A stretch of 64,000 nt of DNA from Oscillospiraceae bacterium. GTDB lineage: Bacteria > Bacillota > Clostridia > Oscillospirales > UBA929. The notes beneath the pieces were generated by a model. It made no database searches. It worked only from the letters and a program-made list of their open reading frames with translations, and had not been told where the DNA came from. Each line of letters starts with the position of its first letter. The first letter of the stretch is position 1. Below, in pieces: positions 55,613 to 64,000 of the stretch. The DNA lies in NCBI GenBank assembly GCA_031254195.1, contig JAIRUW010000003.1, positions 9,248 to 73,247 of the forward strand, given 5' to 3'. The position numbers were made by a program, and so were the translations under genes.

Positions 55613-56573
55613 ACCACGCTATAGCGCACATTATCATACTAAAAGCCGTAAAAACGGTAAATACTTTTTTCTCTTTCCAGCCGCTTAGCTCAAAGTGATG
55701 GTGTATCGGCGACATTTTGAAGATGCGCTTGCCTTTGGTCAGCTTGAAATAGGTCACTTGCAGCACTACGGAGAGCATAACCAGAAGGTAGACCAGCCCC
55801 GCGACGATCAAGATCAGCGGCCTGTCCATCGCGAAAGCAAGGCCGCACAGCGCGCCGCCGATAAAGAGAGAGCCGGTGTCTCCCATGAAGACCTTGGCCG
55901 GGTTGAAGTTAAACCATAAAAACCCGAGCAGGCCCCCCGCCAGCGCCCCGGCAAAGACCGCCGCGCCGGGGTTTTCCAGTGACAGCGCAAGCATCCCGAA
56001 AAAGACGGCGACAGGCAGCCCTTCCCCCGTGCAAAGCCCGTCTACGCCGTCAGCGAGGTTGACGGCGTTGACGAAGCCCGCCACGAAAAGAATCCCCAGC
56101 GTGAGGTAGACCGGCCACGGGAGGGACAGGACGATGGAGGTAAACGGGATGGCCACATCGGACGTCGTATAGCCGAAATATCGCGTCAGGGCGAGGAACG
56201 CCGCGGCGGCGGACAGTTGGAGCAGCAGTTTTTGCGGGGCGGTCAGGCCTTGGTTTTCCTTTTTGCGCACCTTGGCAAGGTCGTCGATGAAGCCGATGCC
56301 GCCGCAGACCCACGCGAATAATAAGATGAAGAGGTGGGTAAACTGCCCGTTCAGCATCTCCCTCCATCCTACAGCAGCCACAGCAACGGTGATGGCCAGC
56401 ATGAAGAAGAACCCGCCCATGGTGGGCGTCCCCTCTTTGCTCTTGTGCCAGTTGGGGCCGATCTCCAAAATCTTCTGTCCCAGCTTGAGCCGCCGCAGTA
56501 CCGGCAGCAGCAGATACCCGGCTGTTACAGCACCAATCAGCGATATGCCGGCGGATAGAAGCATCTCCTTCAT
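55605..56573 (-). CDS. mraY: Phospho-N-acetylmuramoyl-pentapeptide transferase
   Basis: 322 aa. ..KEGTPTMGG.., ..NAVNLADGVDGL.., ..FMGDTGSL.., ..PIHHHFE... Confidence 0.95.
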   Translation of the reverse strand: MKEMLLSAGISLIGAVTAGYLLLPVLRRLKLGQKILEIGPNWHKSKEGTPTMGGFFFMLAITVAVAAVGWREMLNGQFTHLFILLFAWVCGGIGFIDDLAKVRKKENQGLTAPQKLLLQLSAAAAFLALTRYFGYTTSDVAIPFTSIVLSLPWPVYLTLGILFVAGFVNAVNLADGVDGLCTGEGLPVAVFFGMLALSLENPGAAVFAGALAGGLLGFLWFNFNPAKVFMGDTGSLFIGGALCGLAFAMDRPLILIVAGLVYLLVMLSVVLQVTYFKLTKGKRIFKMSPIHHHFELSGWKEKKVFTVFTAFSMIMCAIAWFG

Positions 56574-58003
56574 AGTCCCAGCGCCTCTCTTACAACATCT
56601 CTCTCATCAAACGGATGCTTGACCCCGTTGATCTCCTGATACGTCTCATGCCCCTTGCCGATCAGCAAGATGGTGTCGCCCGGTTTGGCGCCGTCCAGCG
56701 CCATTTCAATCGCCTTCTTGCGGTCCGGCTCCACGATTACTCCATCATTTCCCATTCCCTCTAAAATGTTGCGGATTATCTCCTCCGGGTCTTCGGAACG
56801 CGGGTTATCCGAGGTTACATAACACAGATCCGCGTGCCGCCGTGCCGCCGCGCCCATCATCGGGCGCTTGGATCTGTCTCTGTCTCCCCCGCACCCGAAC
56901 AGGGCCGTCAGCCGCCCCTTGCAGAACGCCCGCGCCGTCTGTAAGGCGGTTGCGACCGCTTCGGGCGTATGGGCGTAGTCGATGATCACTGTAAAGTCTT
57001 TTCCTGTCCGCACAGGTTCCATCCGCCCCTTGACCGGCGGCACCGCGGGTAATACACGCGTCATCTGCTCCACCGGCAATCCCAGCGCGTATCCGCAGGC
57101 CAGCGCCGTCAGCGCGTTGTAGACGGAAAACAGGCCGGGAGTGTTCCACTCCGTGAGAAACGAGCCGTGAGCGGTGGTCAGCCGGAAACGGACGCTGCCG
57201 GGGCGAAGCTCGATATCGGACGCCCTGATGGCCGCGTCCTTCTCACAGGAGAAGGTAATCGCTTCCGGGTATTGCTCCGTTAAGCGCTGACCATAGGGGT
57301 CGTCTATATTGAGTATAACCTTGTCGCACTGCGAAAAAAGGCGGCTTTTGGTCTGGAAATAGTCTTCCATGTCTTTGTGGTAATCCATATGCTCATGGTG
57401 CAGGTTGGTAAAGGCCCCGGCGGCGTACCGTATCCCCAGCACGCGCGACTGCGCTATAGCGTGGCTGGATACCTCCATCACGCAGTGGGTACAGCCCTCC
57501 TCCAGCATTTCGGCGAAGACGCCGTTCAGCGCGACGGCGTTGGGGGTGGTACGCTCCGAAGGCAGCGTTCTGTCTCCGATCACGATATGATTGGTGCCGA
57601 CCAGCCCCGCGAGGCCGCCGGTCACGCCCTCAATCAGCCCCTTGAGGATATGCGTTACGGTGGTTTTGCCTTCCGTACCGGTTACGCCGGCCATGACCAG
57701 CTTTTCGGCGGGATAATGGTACATACAGGCCGCGAGCTTTGCCAGCGCTTCACGGGCGTCGGGAACGACGACATGCGGCACAGTATGGTCGAGCGGGCGC
57801 TCGGTCACGATCATTGACGCGCCGATCTCCATCGCCCGGCGGATATAGCAGTGGCCGTCCATATCGTTGCCCGGTATGGCGACAAACAGGTCTCCCTTCT
57901 TCATCAGACGGGTATCGTTATGAACACCGTCTACCTCGCAATCCAGCGACGGCGCGTTTGTCTGCAATGTGTCGAGGGCTTGCAGCAAGGTAAAGAGCTT
58001 CAT
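56570..58003 (-). CDS. murE: UDP-N-acetylmuramoyl-L-alanyl-D-glutamate--2,6-diaminopimelate ligase
   Basis: 477 aa. ..GVTGTEGKTT.. and the DAP-specificity motif ..VTSDNPRSEDP.., then ..GKGHETYQ... Confidence 0.9.
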   Translation of the reverse strand: MKLFTLLQALDTLQTNAPSLDCEVDGVHNDTRLMKKGDLFVAIPGNDMDGHCYIRRAMEIGASMIVTERPLDHTVPHVVVPDAREALAKLAACMYHYPAEKLVMAGVTGTEGKTTVTHILKGLIEGVTGGLAGLVGTNHIVIGDRTLPSERTTPNAVALNGVFAEMLEEGCTHCVMEVSSHAIAQSRVLGIRYAAGAFTNLHHEHMDYHKDMEDYFQTKSRLFSQCDKVILNIDDPYGQRLTEQYPEAITFSCEKDAAIRASDIELRPGSVRFRLTTAHGSFLTEWNTPGLFSVYNALTALACGYALGLPVEQMTRVLPAVPPVKGRMEPVRTGKDFTVIIDYAHTPEAVATALQTARAFCKGRLTALFGCGGDRDRSKRPMMGAAARRHADLCYVTSDNPRSEDPEEIIRNILEGMGNDGVIVEPDRKKAIEMALDGAKPGDTILLIGKGHETYQEINGVKHPFDERDVVREALGL

Positions 58004-58012
58004 ATCACACCT

Positions 58013-60274
58013 CTAGTCAGATACGTTCAGGCTTCTGAACTCCACCGAAATGACCGTGCCGTACGGCACCTCCTGCCCGACAAATTCCTGCCACGCCGCC
58101 GTTAAGATGGCGTCCTGCGACGGCTGGGCGCCGATGGGGCGCATGAAGACGCCCGCGTTGGTCAGCAGGGCGTTGGCCTGCTCCGGCGTCTTGCCGATCA
58201 CATCGGGCACGGCAACCGTTTCCTCGGGCTTTGTCCCCTCGGTATATAGAATCATCTCGGTCGTCGAGGGTACGCGGACGCCCGCCGCAGGGAGCTGGTC
58301 GCTTACCGTATCGCCTTCGCCCACGATGCGGACGGTCAGCCCGGCTTTGGTCGCGGCCGCCTCGGCGTCTTTGACCGCCGACCTCTTGACAAATGGCACG
58401 GTCACGTCAACCGACATGGCCTCCCCGGGTTTATACTGCGGGAGCACCCCCAGATAGGGCAGTACATCGGCCAAAACACGCCCTGCGACTGGGGCCGCCA
58501 TATAACCGCCCATCCGCTGGGTGCGGTTGAGCCCCGGCTCGTCGAGCATGACCAGAATCGCCACCTGCGGGTCGTACGAAGGCGCAAACCCGGCGAAGGA
58601 CACCACATACAGCCCCAGCTCGTCGGCGTTTGGTATATCGCGCTTCTGCGACGTGCCTGTTTTGCCCGCTACGTTGTACCCTTTGACATAGGCATTGGAG
58701 CCGGTGCCCTGATTGACGCACTCTTCTAAATACTGGCGCATGATTTGGCTCGTCTCCGCGCTGACGACCTGCCGTACGGGAGTCGGCTCCACCTTTTCAA
58801 TGACGCGCCCGCCGCTGTCGGTCACCTGCGAGAGGACATAGGGCTTCATCAGCGTCCCGCCGTTCGCCACGGCGCTGACCGCCGTAATCATCTGAATCGG
58901 CGTGACCTTGAAGGTCTGCCCGAACGAATAGACGGCTTGCGCCGACGCCTGTCTTGAATATGTATCATACGGGGCGATGATGCCTTTTGCTTCGCCTTGC
59001 AGGTCGATGCCGGTCGTCTCCATAAACCCGAAAGCGCGCATATAGCTGTAGAACTTCTCCGGCCCTATGCCGGTGCCTATGGTGACATAGGCGGGGTTGC
59101 AGGAGTGCCGCAGCGCTTCCAAAAAGGTCTGGGAGCCGTGGCCGCCCGCCTTGTGGCAGCGGATATCGTGACTGCCGACCTTGATGACCCCGGTGCAATT
59201 GTAGCGGACGGTTTCTATGTTGACGCTTTTCTCTTCCAGCGCCATTGCCGCGGTGAAAATCTTAAAGACCGACCCCGGCTCATATGTATCGTTGACGGCC
59301 TTGTTGCGCCACTGCGCCTGCTGCGCCTCCCCCAGCGCCTGCGGGTATACGTCTGCACCGAGCGCCTCCAGCTGGAGGCGCAGCTCCTCGTCGGCGATCT
59401 CGCGCGGCGCGTTGAGGTCGAAATCCCCTTTGGTCGCCATTGCGAGGATGCCGCCGGTGCGCACATCCATGATGATGACACAGCCCCGGTTGCTCACTTC
59501 GTTCTCAATGACGGCTGTCTCCAGATGCTTCTCGGCAAAATGCTGGATTGTTTCGTCGATGGTGAGGACGAGGTCATAGCCGTCCAGCACATCGTAATAC
59601 ATTTCATACTGGTTGGGCATCGGCTGGCCCTGCCCCGTTCTGGCCCGCACCGTCCGCCCCGGCGCGCCGCTCAGCGACTTGTCGTATACAGCTTCTATGC
59701 CCATCAGGCCGGAGTTCTCCGCCCCCACGAAGCCGATGACGTTTGCCGCGAACGACCCGTTGGGGTAATAACGCTTGCTGGCGGGTTCAAGGAAGACCAT
59801 CTTGGTGAGGCTGTTTTCGAGGATGAACTCCCGCACCTCGTCGGCCTTTTCGCGCTCCACTTGCGTCTTGATGATCTCGTTTTGCCTGTTTTTGCGCCCC
59901 ATACGCTCAACGATCATCTCCCGGTTCACGTCGAGAAGGAGGGACAGGCCGTCGGCAATCAGGGTTTCTTTTTCCGCCGTGATGTCTTTGGGGGATATGC
60001 ACACCGTCTCAACGCTGGCCGAGATGGCCAGTGCGTTGCGGTTGCGGTCATAAATCGTCCCCCGCCCCGCGGTGATAGGGTAGGAGCTGGTCGCTTGATT
60101 GATCGCCCTCTGCTCCAGCTCGTCATGCCGGACGATGGCGACTTCGTACAGTTTCATCACAAGCGGGACGAACATAGCAAAACCGAAAATCCCGGTAAGG
60201 ATCAATACCCGCACCAGGATCATCCGATTGTATTTGTCTTTATGGGGGCCGCGCGGCTTTCCCACTTTCTCCAT
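58013..60274 (-). CDS. Class B penicillin-binding protein with two C-terminal PASTA domains (PBP2B/SpoVD/FtsI type)
   Basis: 753 aa. TM anchor, dimerisation domain, ..EPGSVFKIFT.. (SxxK), ..KTGTSQ.., and two PASTA-like repeats at the C-terminus. Confidence 0.9.
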   Translation of the reverse strand: MEKVGKPRGPHKDKYNRMILVRVLILTGIFGFAMFVPLVMKLYEVAIVRHDELEQRAINQATSSYPITAGRGTIYDRNRNALAISASVETVCISPKDITAEKETLIADGLSLLLDVNREMIVERMGRKNRQNEIIKTQVEREKADEVREFILENSLTKMVFLEPASKRYYPNGSFAANVIGFVGAENSGLMGIEAVYDKSLSGAPGRTVRARTGQGQPMPNQYEMYYDVLDGYDLVLTIDETIQHFAEKHLETAVIENEVSNRGCVIIMDVRTGGILAMATKGDFDLNAPREIADEELRLQLEALGADVYPQALGEAQQAQWRNKAVNDTYEPGSVFKIFTAAMALEEKSVNIETVRYNCTGVIKVGSHDIRCHKAGGHGSQTFLEALRHSCNPAYVTIGTGIGPEKFYSYMRAFGFMETTGIDLQGEAKGIIAPYDTYSRQASAQAVYSFGQTFKVTPIQMITAVSAVANGGTLMKPYVLSQVTDSGGRVIEKVEPTPVRQVVSAETSQIMRQYLEECVNQGTGSNAYVKGYNVAGKTGTSQKRDIPNADELGLYVVSFAGFAPSYDPQVAILVMLDEPGLNRTQRMGGYMAAPVAGRVLADVLPYLGVLPQYKPGEAMSVDVTVPFVKRSAVKDAEAAATKAGLTVRIVGEGDTVSDQLPAAGVRVPSTTEMILYTEGTKPEETVAVPDVIGKTPEQANALLTNAGVFMRPIGAQPSQDAILTAAWQEFVGQEVPYGTVISVEFRSLNVSD

Positions 60275-60369
60275 CCGGGCTCTCCCCCTCCCCTGTCAAG
60301 CGCCCGGACCGCAAACGGACTGCGGCCGGCCTTTCCTTTGATTATACGGATAGTCCCATAACATTAGAA

Positions 60370-60936
60370 CTATTCGATGAACTCAATGACATGTGTCGTC
60401 ATAGTGGAGAAAAGTTGTCTGACAGAACCCCAAAACCCTTTTTGCGGGATAATCTCAGCACGGTCTTGCGCCACAGCGCCGATGTAAATGATTTGTTCCC
60501 GCGTCGGCTTGACCATTCCCAGTTCCCCTACGGCATAGGCCTCGACCTCGCTCAGGCTCACGCTCGCTTCAGCCCTGCGGTTGAGGACGCCTTCTTCCCT
60601 CCTCAGCAATTGCAGTTCTTTCGCGGCGTTTTGGTTGGCGTTGCTCAGCTGGCTGAGCTGCATATAGCTGTATACGATAAACAGCAGCACTGCCATCGCT
60701 CCCGCGAACAGCGCCACGGTGCGGAACGGCAGCTTCATCGCCGGATTTGCCGCGGCTTTCCTCGATGGGGCGATTGCGGCGCTCCGCTGCGAATGCCCGG
60801 GCAGGGCCTCCGTTTTAGGCGGGCTGTGCGGCAATTGTTCAGGGAGGCTTGTCCTCCGTGCCGGCCGGGGCGCGGGGCGCGGCAACGGAGCCTTGATAGG
60901 CGGATGGAAAGTCAGCGCCGAGGTGCCGTCGTACAT
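60370..60936 (-). CDS. ftsL: FtsL-like cell division protein (TM segment plus coiled coil) with an extended Pro-rich N-terminus
   Basis: 188 aa. ..TVALFAGAMAVLLFIVYSYMQLSQLSNANQNAAKELQLLRREEGVL... It sits between rsmH and the class B PBP. Confidence 0.6.
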   Translation of the reverse strand: MYDGTSALTFHPPIKAPLPRPAPRPARRTSLPEQLPHSPPKTEALPGHSQRSAAIAPSRKAAANPAMKLPFRTVALFAGAMAVLLFIVYSYMQLSQLSNANQNAAKELQLLRREEGVLNRRAEASVSLSEVEAYAVGELGMVKPTREQIIYIGAVAQDRAEIIPQKGFWGSVRQLFSTMTTHVIEFIE

Positions 60937-60954
60937 TGCCAGACCCCTTTGCGT

Positions 60955-61869
60955 TTATATTTTTTCCGCCACGCGCAAGACCGCGCTTGCCGAGCGGGGA
61001 TTTTCTTCGCTTTCTTTCTGTAAAGGCCTCCAGCGGCCTATAATCCTTACCGATGGGGACTTTCCGCAAGCGCAGGCAGGAAATGAGGGAGGGCAGACAC
61101 AGCCCTTAGCCGCTTCGGCAAATACACGTTTGGTTATGCGGTCTTCCAGAGAGTGAAAACTGATTACCGCCAGCCGCCCTCCGGGTTTGAGCCTTTTCAG
61201 CGCCGCCGGAAGACCCTCTTCTAGCGCGTCCAGCTCGCCGTTTACGGCAATGCGGATTGCCTGGAACACCCTCCTTGCCGGGTGCTGCGCTTCCCGCCGT
61301 CCCCGCGCCGGCATGGATTCTATAATTGTCTCGGCCAGTTCCGCCGTCGTCTTCAACGGGCGGGCGGCGACAATCCCCCGGGCCAGCTGCGGCGCGTACC
61401 GTTCTTCGCCGTAGTCATAGAAAATGCGTACCAGCTGGCGGGCATCCCATTCGTTGACGACCTCTTCGGCGGTAAGGCTTTGTGAGCCGTCCATACGCAT
61501 ATCCAGCGGCGCGTCATGACGATAGGAAAAGCCGCGCCCGGGCGTATCAAGCTGCATGGAGGACACGCCGATGTCCAGTAATATGCCGTCCAGCAAGCCG
61601 GCGCCTGCTTCACTCAGGAGCCTGTCCATCTCCCGGTAGTTGCCGTGCAGGAAACGTACCCTGTCCCCAAACCGCCCCAGACGGGCTTTGCATTGATTCA
61701 GCGCGTCCGCGTCTCTGTCAAGGCAAATGACTTGCCCCCCGCCTTCCAGCAGCAGTTCGGAATGGCCGCCCAGCCCGGCGGTACCGTCCAGATACACCCC
61801 GCCCTTATGGGGATTCAGCGCTTTGACGCACTCGCGCGGCATGACGGGTACATGCGCCGCGCCTGTCAT
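60955..61869 (-). CDS. rsmH: 16S rRNA (cytosine1402-N4)-methyltransferase
   Basis: ..HVPVMPRECV..GGVYLDGTAGLGGHSE.. and ..LDIGVSSMQLD... Confidence 0.9.
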   Translation of the reverse strand: MTGAAHVPVMPRECVKALNPHKGGVYLDGTAGLGGHSELLLEGGGQVICLDRDADALNQCKARLGRFGDRVRFLHGNYREMDRLLSEAGAGLLDGILLDIGVSSMQLDTPGRGFSYRHDAPLDMRMDGSQSLTAEEVVNEWDARQLVRIFYDYGEERYAPQLARGIVAARPLKTTAELAETIIESMPARGRREAQHPARRVFQAIRIAVNGELDALEEGLPAALKRLKPGGRLAVISFHSLEDRITKRVFAEAAKGCVCPPSFPACACGKSPSVRIIGRWRPLQKESEENPRSASAVLRVAEKI

Positions 61870-62243
61870 TCTGTTTCATCCCACGCGGCGGCGTCCCAGA
61901 TTTCCGCGTATTTTCCGGCGCCGGCGATGATTACGTTTTTATCCAGCGCGGCGTAGCTGCGTAGTTTTTGGTTGAGCAATACCCGCCCCTGCGAATCCAG
62001 GACACATTCCTGCGCCATCGAATAAAAATCACGGCGGCTCTTGCGCTCCTCCGCGCCCGACAGCCCACCGAACTTCTCTTCCTCAAGTTTTTCCCACTGC
62101 GCCAAAGCGTATACGTTCAAGCAACGGTCGTCGCTTACGGAGACATAGAATGGATCGCCCAGAGCTTTGAGCAGGCGGGAAGGCATAGACAGGCGCCCTT
62201 TGGCGTCGATGGTGTGCCGGTATTCTCCAAACAGGCCCGCCAT
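61866..62243 (-). CDS. mraZ: Transcriptional regulator MraZ
   Basis: The start is set at ATG 62243 (SD GGGGGAGG). Two SpoVT/AbrB-like halves: ..HTIDAKGRLSMPSRL.. and ..VLDSQGRVLLNQKLR... The ORF-track GTG start at 62273 falls inside the promoter. Confidence 0.85.
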   Translation of the reverse strand: MAGLFGEYRHTIDAKGRLSMPSRLLKALGDPFYVSVSDDRCLNVYALAQWEKLEEEKFGGLSGAEERKSRRDFYSMAQECVLDSQGRVLLNQKLRSYAALDKNVIIAGAGKYAEIWDAAAWDETE

Positions 62244-62264
62244 TCCCTTCCTCCCCCTTTTATC

Positions 62265-62317
62265 CCACTTCACTCCACTGTGGCGTTAGTATACCCCACT
62301 CCATGGGAGTATGTCAA
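62265..62317 (-). promoter_or_regulatory. dcw-cluster promoter (Pmra) with three AGTGG direct repeats (candidate MraZ boxes)
   Basis: Minus-sense TTGACA (62317-62312), 18 nt, TATACT (62293-62288). AGTGG(G/A) repeats lie at 62300-62296, 62279-62275 and 62269-62265, with spacings of 21 and 10 nt. Confidence 0.55.
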
Positions 62318-62420
62318 GTCTTTTTGATAATTTTTTTGAACAAAACAAGTGTTCTGTGTTGCGGTTATGCCGTATTTTATTGCATTTTCGCAACTAAAAC
62401 ATCTGTTCTTCTTTTGCGTA

Positions 62421-62458
62421 AAAGCACAAAAAGAAGCGCCTCCCGAAGGAGGCGCTTC
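62421..62458 (-). terminator. Rho-independent terminator after the coiled-coil protein gene
   Basis: Minus-sense GAAGCGCCTCC-TTCG-GGAGGCGCTTC followed by TTTTTGTGCTTTT. Confidence 0.7.
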
Positions 62459-62481
62459 AAGATATGGTATAACCCGGGGCT

Positions 62482-62943
62482 CTACCGCTTCGCGGTATTT
62501 CTAAATTCCATCCGCGATTTGCGCACTTCGTTGAGCGCTGTGTTGACAGCCTCTTCGGTACGCTTTAACAGGTCCTCGACATATTCGTTGGTGGCGATGC
62601 GCAATTCCCGCGTCTTGGTTTTGGTTTGATTTTCCAGCTCCTGCGCTTTCCTCCGCGCTGTTGATAAAACCTCCTCATCCGAAATGAGGCGGCGGGCACG
62701 CTCCTCGGCGGTCTTGACGATGGATTCCGCTTCGCTCTTGGCTTTCTGCATCATTTCGTTGCGCTGGCTAACAATGCTGGACGCTTTGCGCAGCTCTTCG
62801 GGCAGGCTGTTGGCAATCTCGTCGATCAGCCCCATCGCCTTGTCCTTGTCGAGTACGCATTTGTCACTGCCCAAGGGCAGCGTGAATGAGTCCTCAATCT
62901 GTTCGCGCAACATACCCAGCAGGCTTTCTACATCGTGCGGCAT
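62482..62943 (-). CDS. Conserved coiled-coil protein of unknown function (ATP-synthase-b / DivIVA-like heptad character)
   Basis: 153 aa and highly charged (..QKAKSEAESIVKTAEERARRLISDEEVLSTARRKAQELENQTKTKTRELR..). It overlaps the coaD stop by 16 nt. Confidence 0.55.
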   Translation of the reverse strand: MPHDVESLLGMLREQIEDSFTLPLGSDKCVLDKDKAMGLIDEIANSLPEELRKASSIVSQRNEMMQKAKSEAESIVKTAEERARRLISDEEVLSTARRKAQELENQTKTKTRELRIATNEYVEDLLKRTEEAVNTALNEVRKSRMEFRNTAKR

Positions 62944-63428
62944 GTTCTTTCCCTCCTAAGCCTTTCTACCACTTCGTCATGAATCTCCGGCGGCAAAAGA
63001 CCGCTCACGTCGCCGCCGTAAGTGCATATTTCCTTGATAACACTGGAACTGATGTATTGAAACCGCTCGTTCGCCGTCAGGAAGAGCGTATCCAGTTTCT
63101 CGTTGAGCTTTTTGTTCATCAGCGCCATCTGAAACTCATGCTCGAAGTCCGACACGGCCCGCAGCCCCTTGACGATTACCACGTCGCCCATACCTTCGCA
63201 AGTCTTGGCCAGCAGTCCGCTGGATTGCTCCACCGTGACATTTCGCATCCACGACGTCGCCCTGCGCAGCATGGCGACACGCTCCTCCGGTGTAAAGCTG
63301 CAAGCCTTATCGCGGTTTTGCAATACCAGCACCACCGTGCGATCGAAGATGCGCGCGGCGCGCTCAATGACGTCGATATGCCCCAGCGTCGCCGGGTCAA
63401 AGCTGCCTGGACAGATGGCGATTTTCAT
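62928..63428 (-). CDS. coaD: Pantetheine-phosphate adenylyltransferase
   Basis: MKIAICPGSFDPATLGHIDVIERA.. is the canonical T/HxGH nucleotidyltransferase N-terminus. Confidence 0.95.
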   Translation of the reverse strand: MKIAICPGSFDPATLGHIDVIERAARIFDRTVVLVLQNRDKACSFTPEERVAMLRRATSWMRNVTVEQSSGLLAKTCEGMGDVVIVKGLRAVSDFEHEFQMALMNKKLNEKLDTLFLTANERFQYISSSVIKEICTYGGDVSGLLPPEIHDEVVERLRRERTCRTM

Positions 63429-63994
63429 GAGTCTCCTGATCCTTCCCCGGGGATGCCTCCCCCTCTTGAAAACAGTGATACTATTTTATCTCCGTATGTG
63501 TATGCCTTTTGGAGGCTGTAAGGCTCCCGCGGGGCAGGCATTTCAGCCCCTTTATGGGCTTCGCAGAGTATGAAGCCGCCCGGATTGACTATATCGCGCG
63601 CAAACAGCCTGTCCAGAGTTTTCGCCGCGAGTTGGGATTCATACGGCGGGTCGAGCAGGACAATATCAAACCGGCCTTCCGCCCCTTCCAGCCAGCGGAT
63701 GACCTCCGCTATCCGCACAATAGCGCGGCTCTCAAAAAAGCGCGTATTCTCACGGATAATTTGCGCGGCGGCGGCGGACTGCTCCACAAAGACGCACTCC
63801 CGCGCTCCCCGGCTCAACGCCTCGGCGCCCAGCTGTCCCGATCCGGCATACAGGTCAAGGACGCGCCGCCCTTCCAGGTGGAATTGCAGGATGTTGAACA
63901 TGGACTCTTTGATTCTGTCGGAAGTGGGCCTCGTCCCCTCCCCCGGCACAGGTTTTAACTTACGTCCCCGGGCTTCCCCGGCTATAATCCTCAT
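63425..63994 (-). CDS. rsmD: 16S rRNA (guanine966-N2)-methyltransferase RsmD
   Basis: MRIIAGEARGRKLKPVPGEGTRPTSDRIKESMFNIL..VLDLYAGSGQLGAEALSRGA..VLLDPPY... Confidence 0.9.
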   Translation of the reverse strand: MRIIAGEARGRKLKPVPGEGTRPTSDRIKESMFNILQFHLEGRRVLDLYAGSGQLGAEALSRGARECVFVEQSAAAAQIIRENTRFFESRAIVRIAEVIRWLEGAEGRFDIVLLDPPYESQLAAKTLDRLFARDIVNPGGFILCEAHKGAEMPAPREPYSLQKAYTYGDKIVSLFSRGGGIPGEGSGDS

Positions 63995-64000
63995 CGTTAT

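Overview
This is a 64-kb chromosomal window from a high-G+C Firmicute. Gene order and content look clostridial and spore-forming: gdpP-rplI-dnaB, tilS-hpt-ftsH, a dcw cluster with a PASTA-type class B PBP and ftsW/spoVE, plus SLH and CotH proteins. The taxon call is inference only.

About 50 protein genes are supported, and most are housekeeping:
- Replication and repair: dnaB, recG, ruvX, rmuC.
- Translation: valS, tilS, rplI, rsmH, rsmD, and a short CCA-type nucleotidyltransferase.
- Cell wall and division: a class A PBP, a VanW protein, and mraZ through ftsZ.
- Cofactors: folC, coaD, and a lipoate ligase-like gene.

I saw no rRNA, tRNA, CRISPR array, transposase or integrase.

The non-core parts, which are the most interesting:
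1. An AT-rich islet at the left edge (1 to ~1925). It carries a nonsense-interrupted yoeB toxin gene, a cytoplasmic beta-propeller-like gene and an S51 peptidase gene.
2. A family of mosaic, nested-palindrome intergenic repeats. Three large copies lie at 35.07, 37.99 and 38.39 kb, and sub-modules recur at 35.20 and 46.13 kb. They bracket a lower-G+C ECF sigma / DUF4097 anti-sigma cassette and sit exactly between two near-consensus divergent promoters.
3. An unannotated 40-codon ORF with a TTGATT-17-TATAAT promoter and a strong SD.
4. A roughly 31-codon in-frame insertion in valS, built from a 30-nt tandem duplication plus a 40-nt palindrome.
5. A ~105-nt, ~31-bp-stem hairpin between ftsW and murG.
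6. A lower-G+C WG-repeat lipoprotein gene sitting between ftsQ and ftsZ.

I cannot point to a clearly novel multi-gene system with confidence. The candidates above are ranked in the findings. All calls come from reading the sequence and ORF translations by eye. No homology search or folding calculation was run, and motif coordinates were hand-counted.
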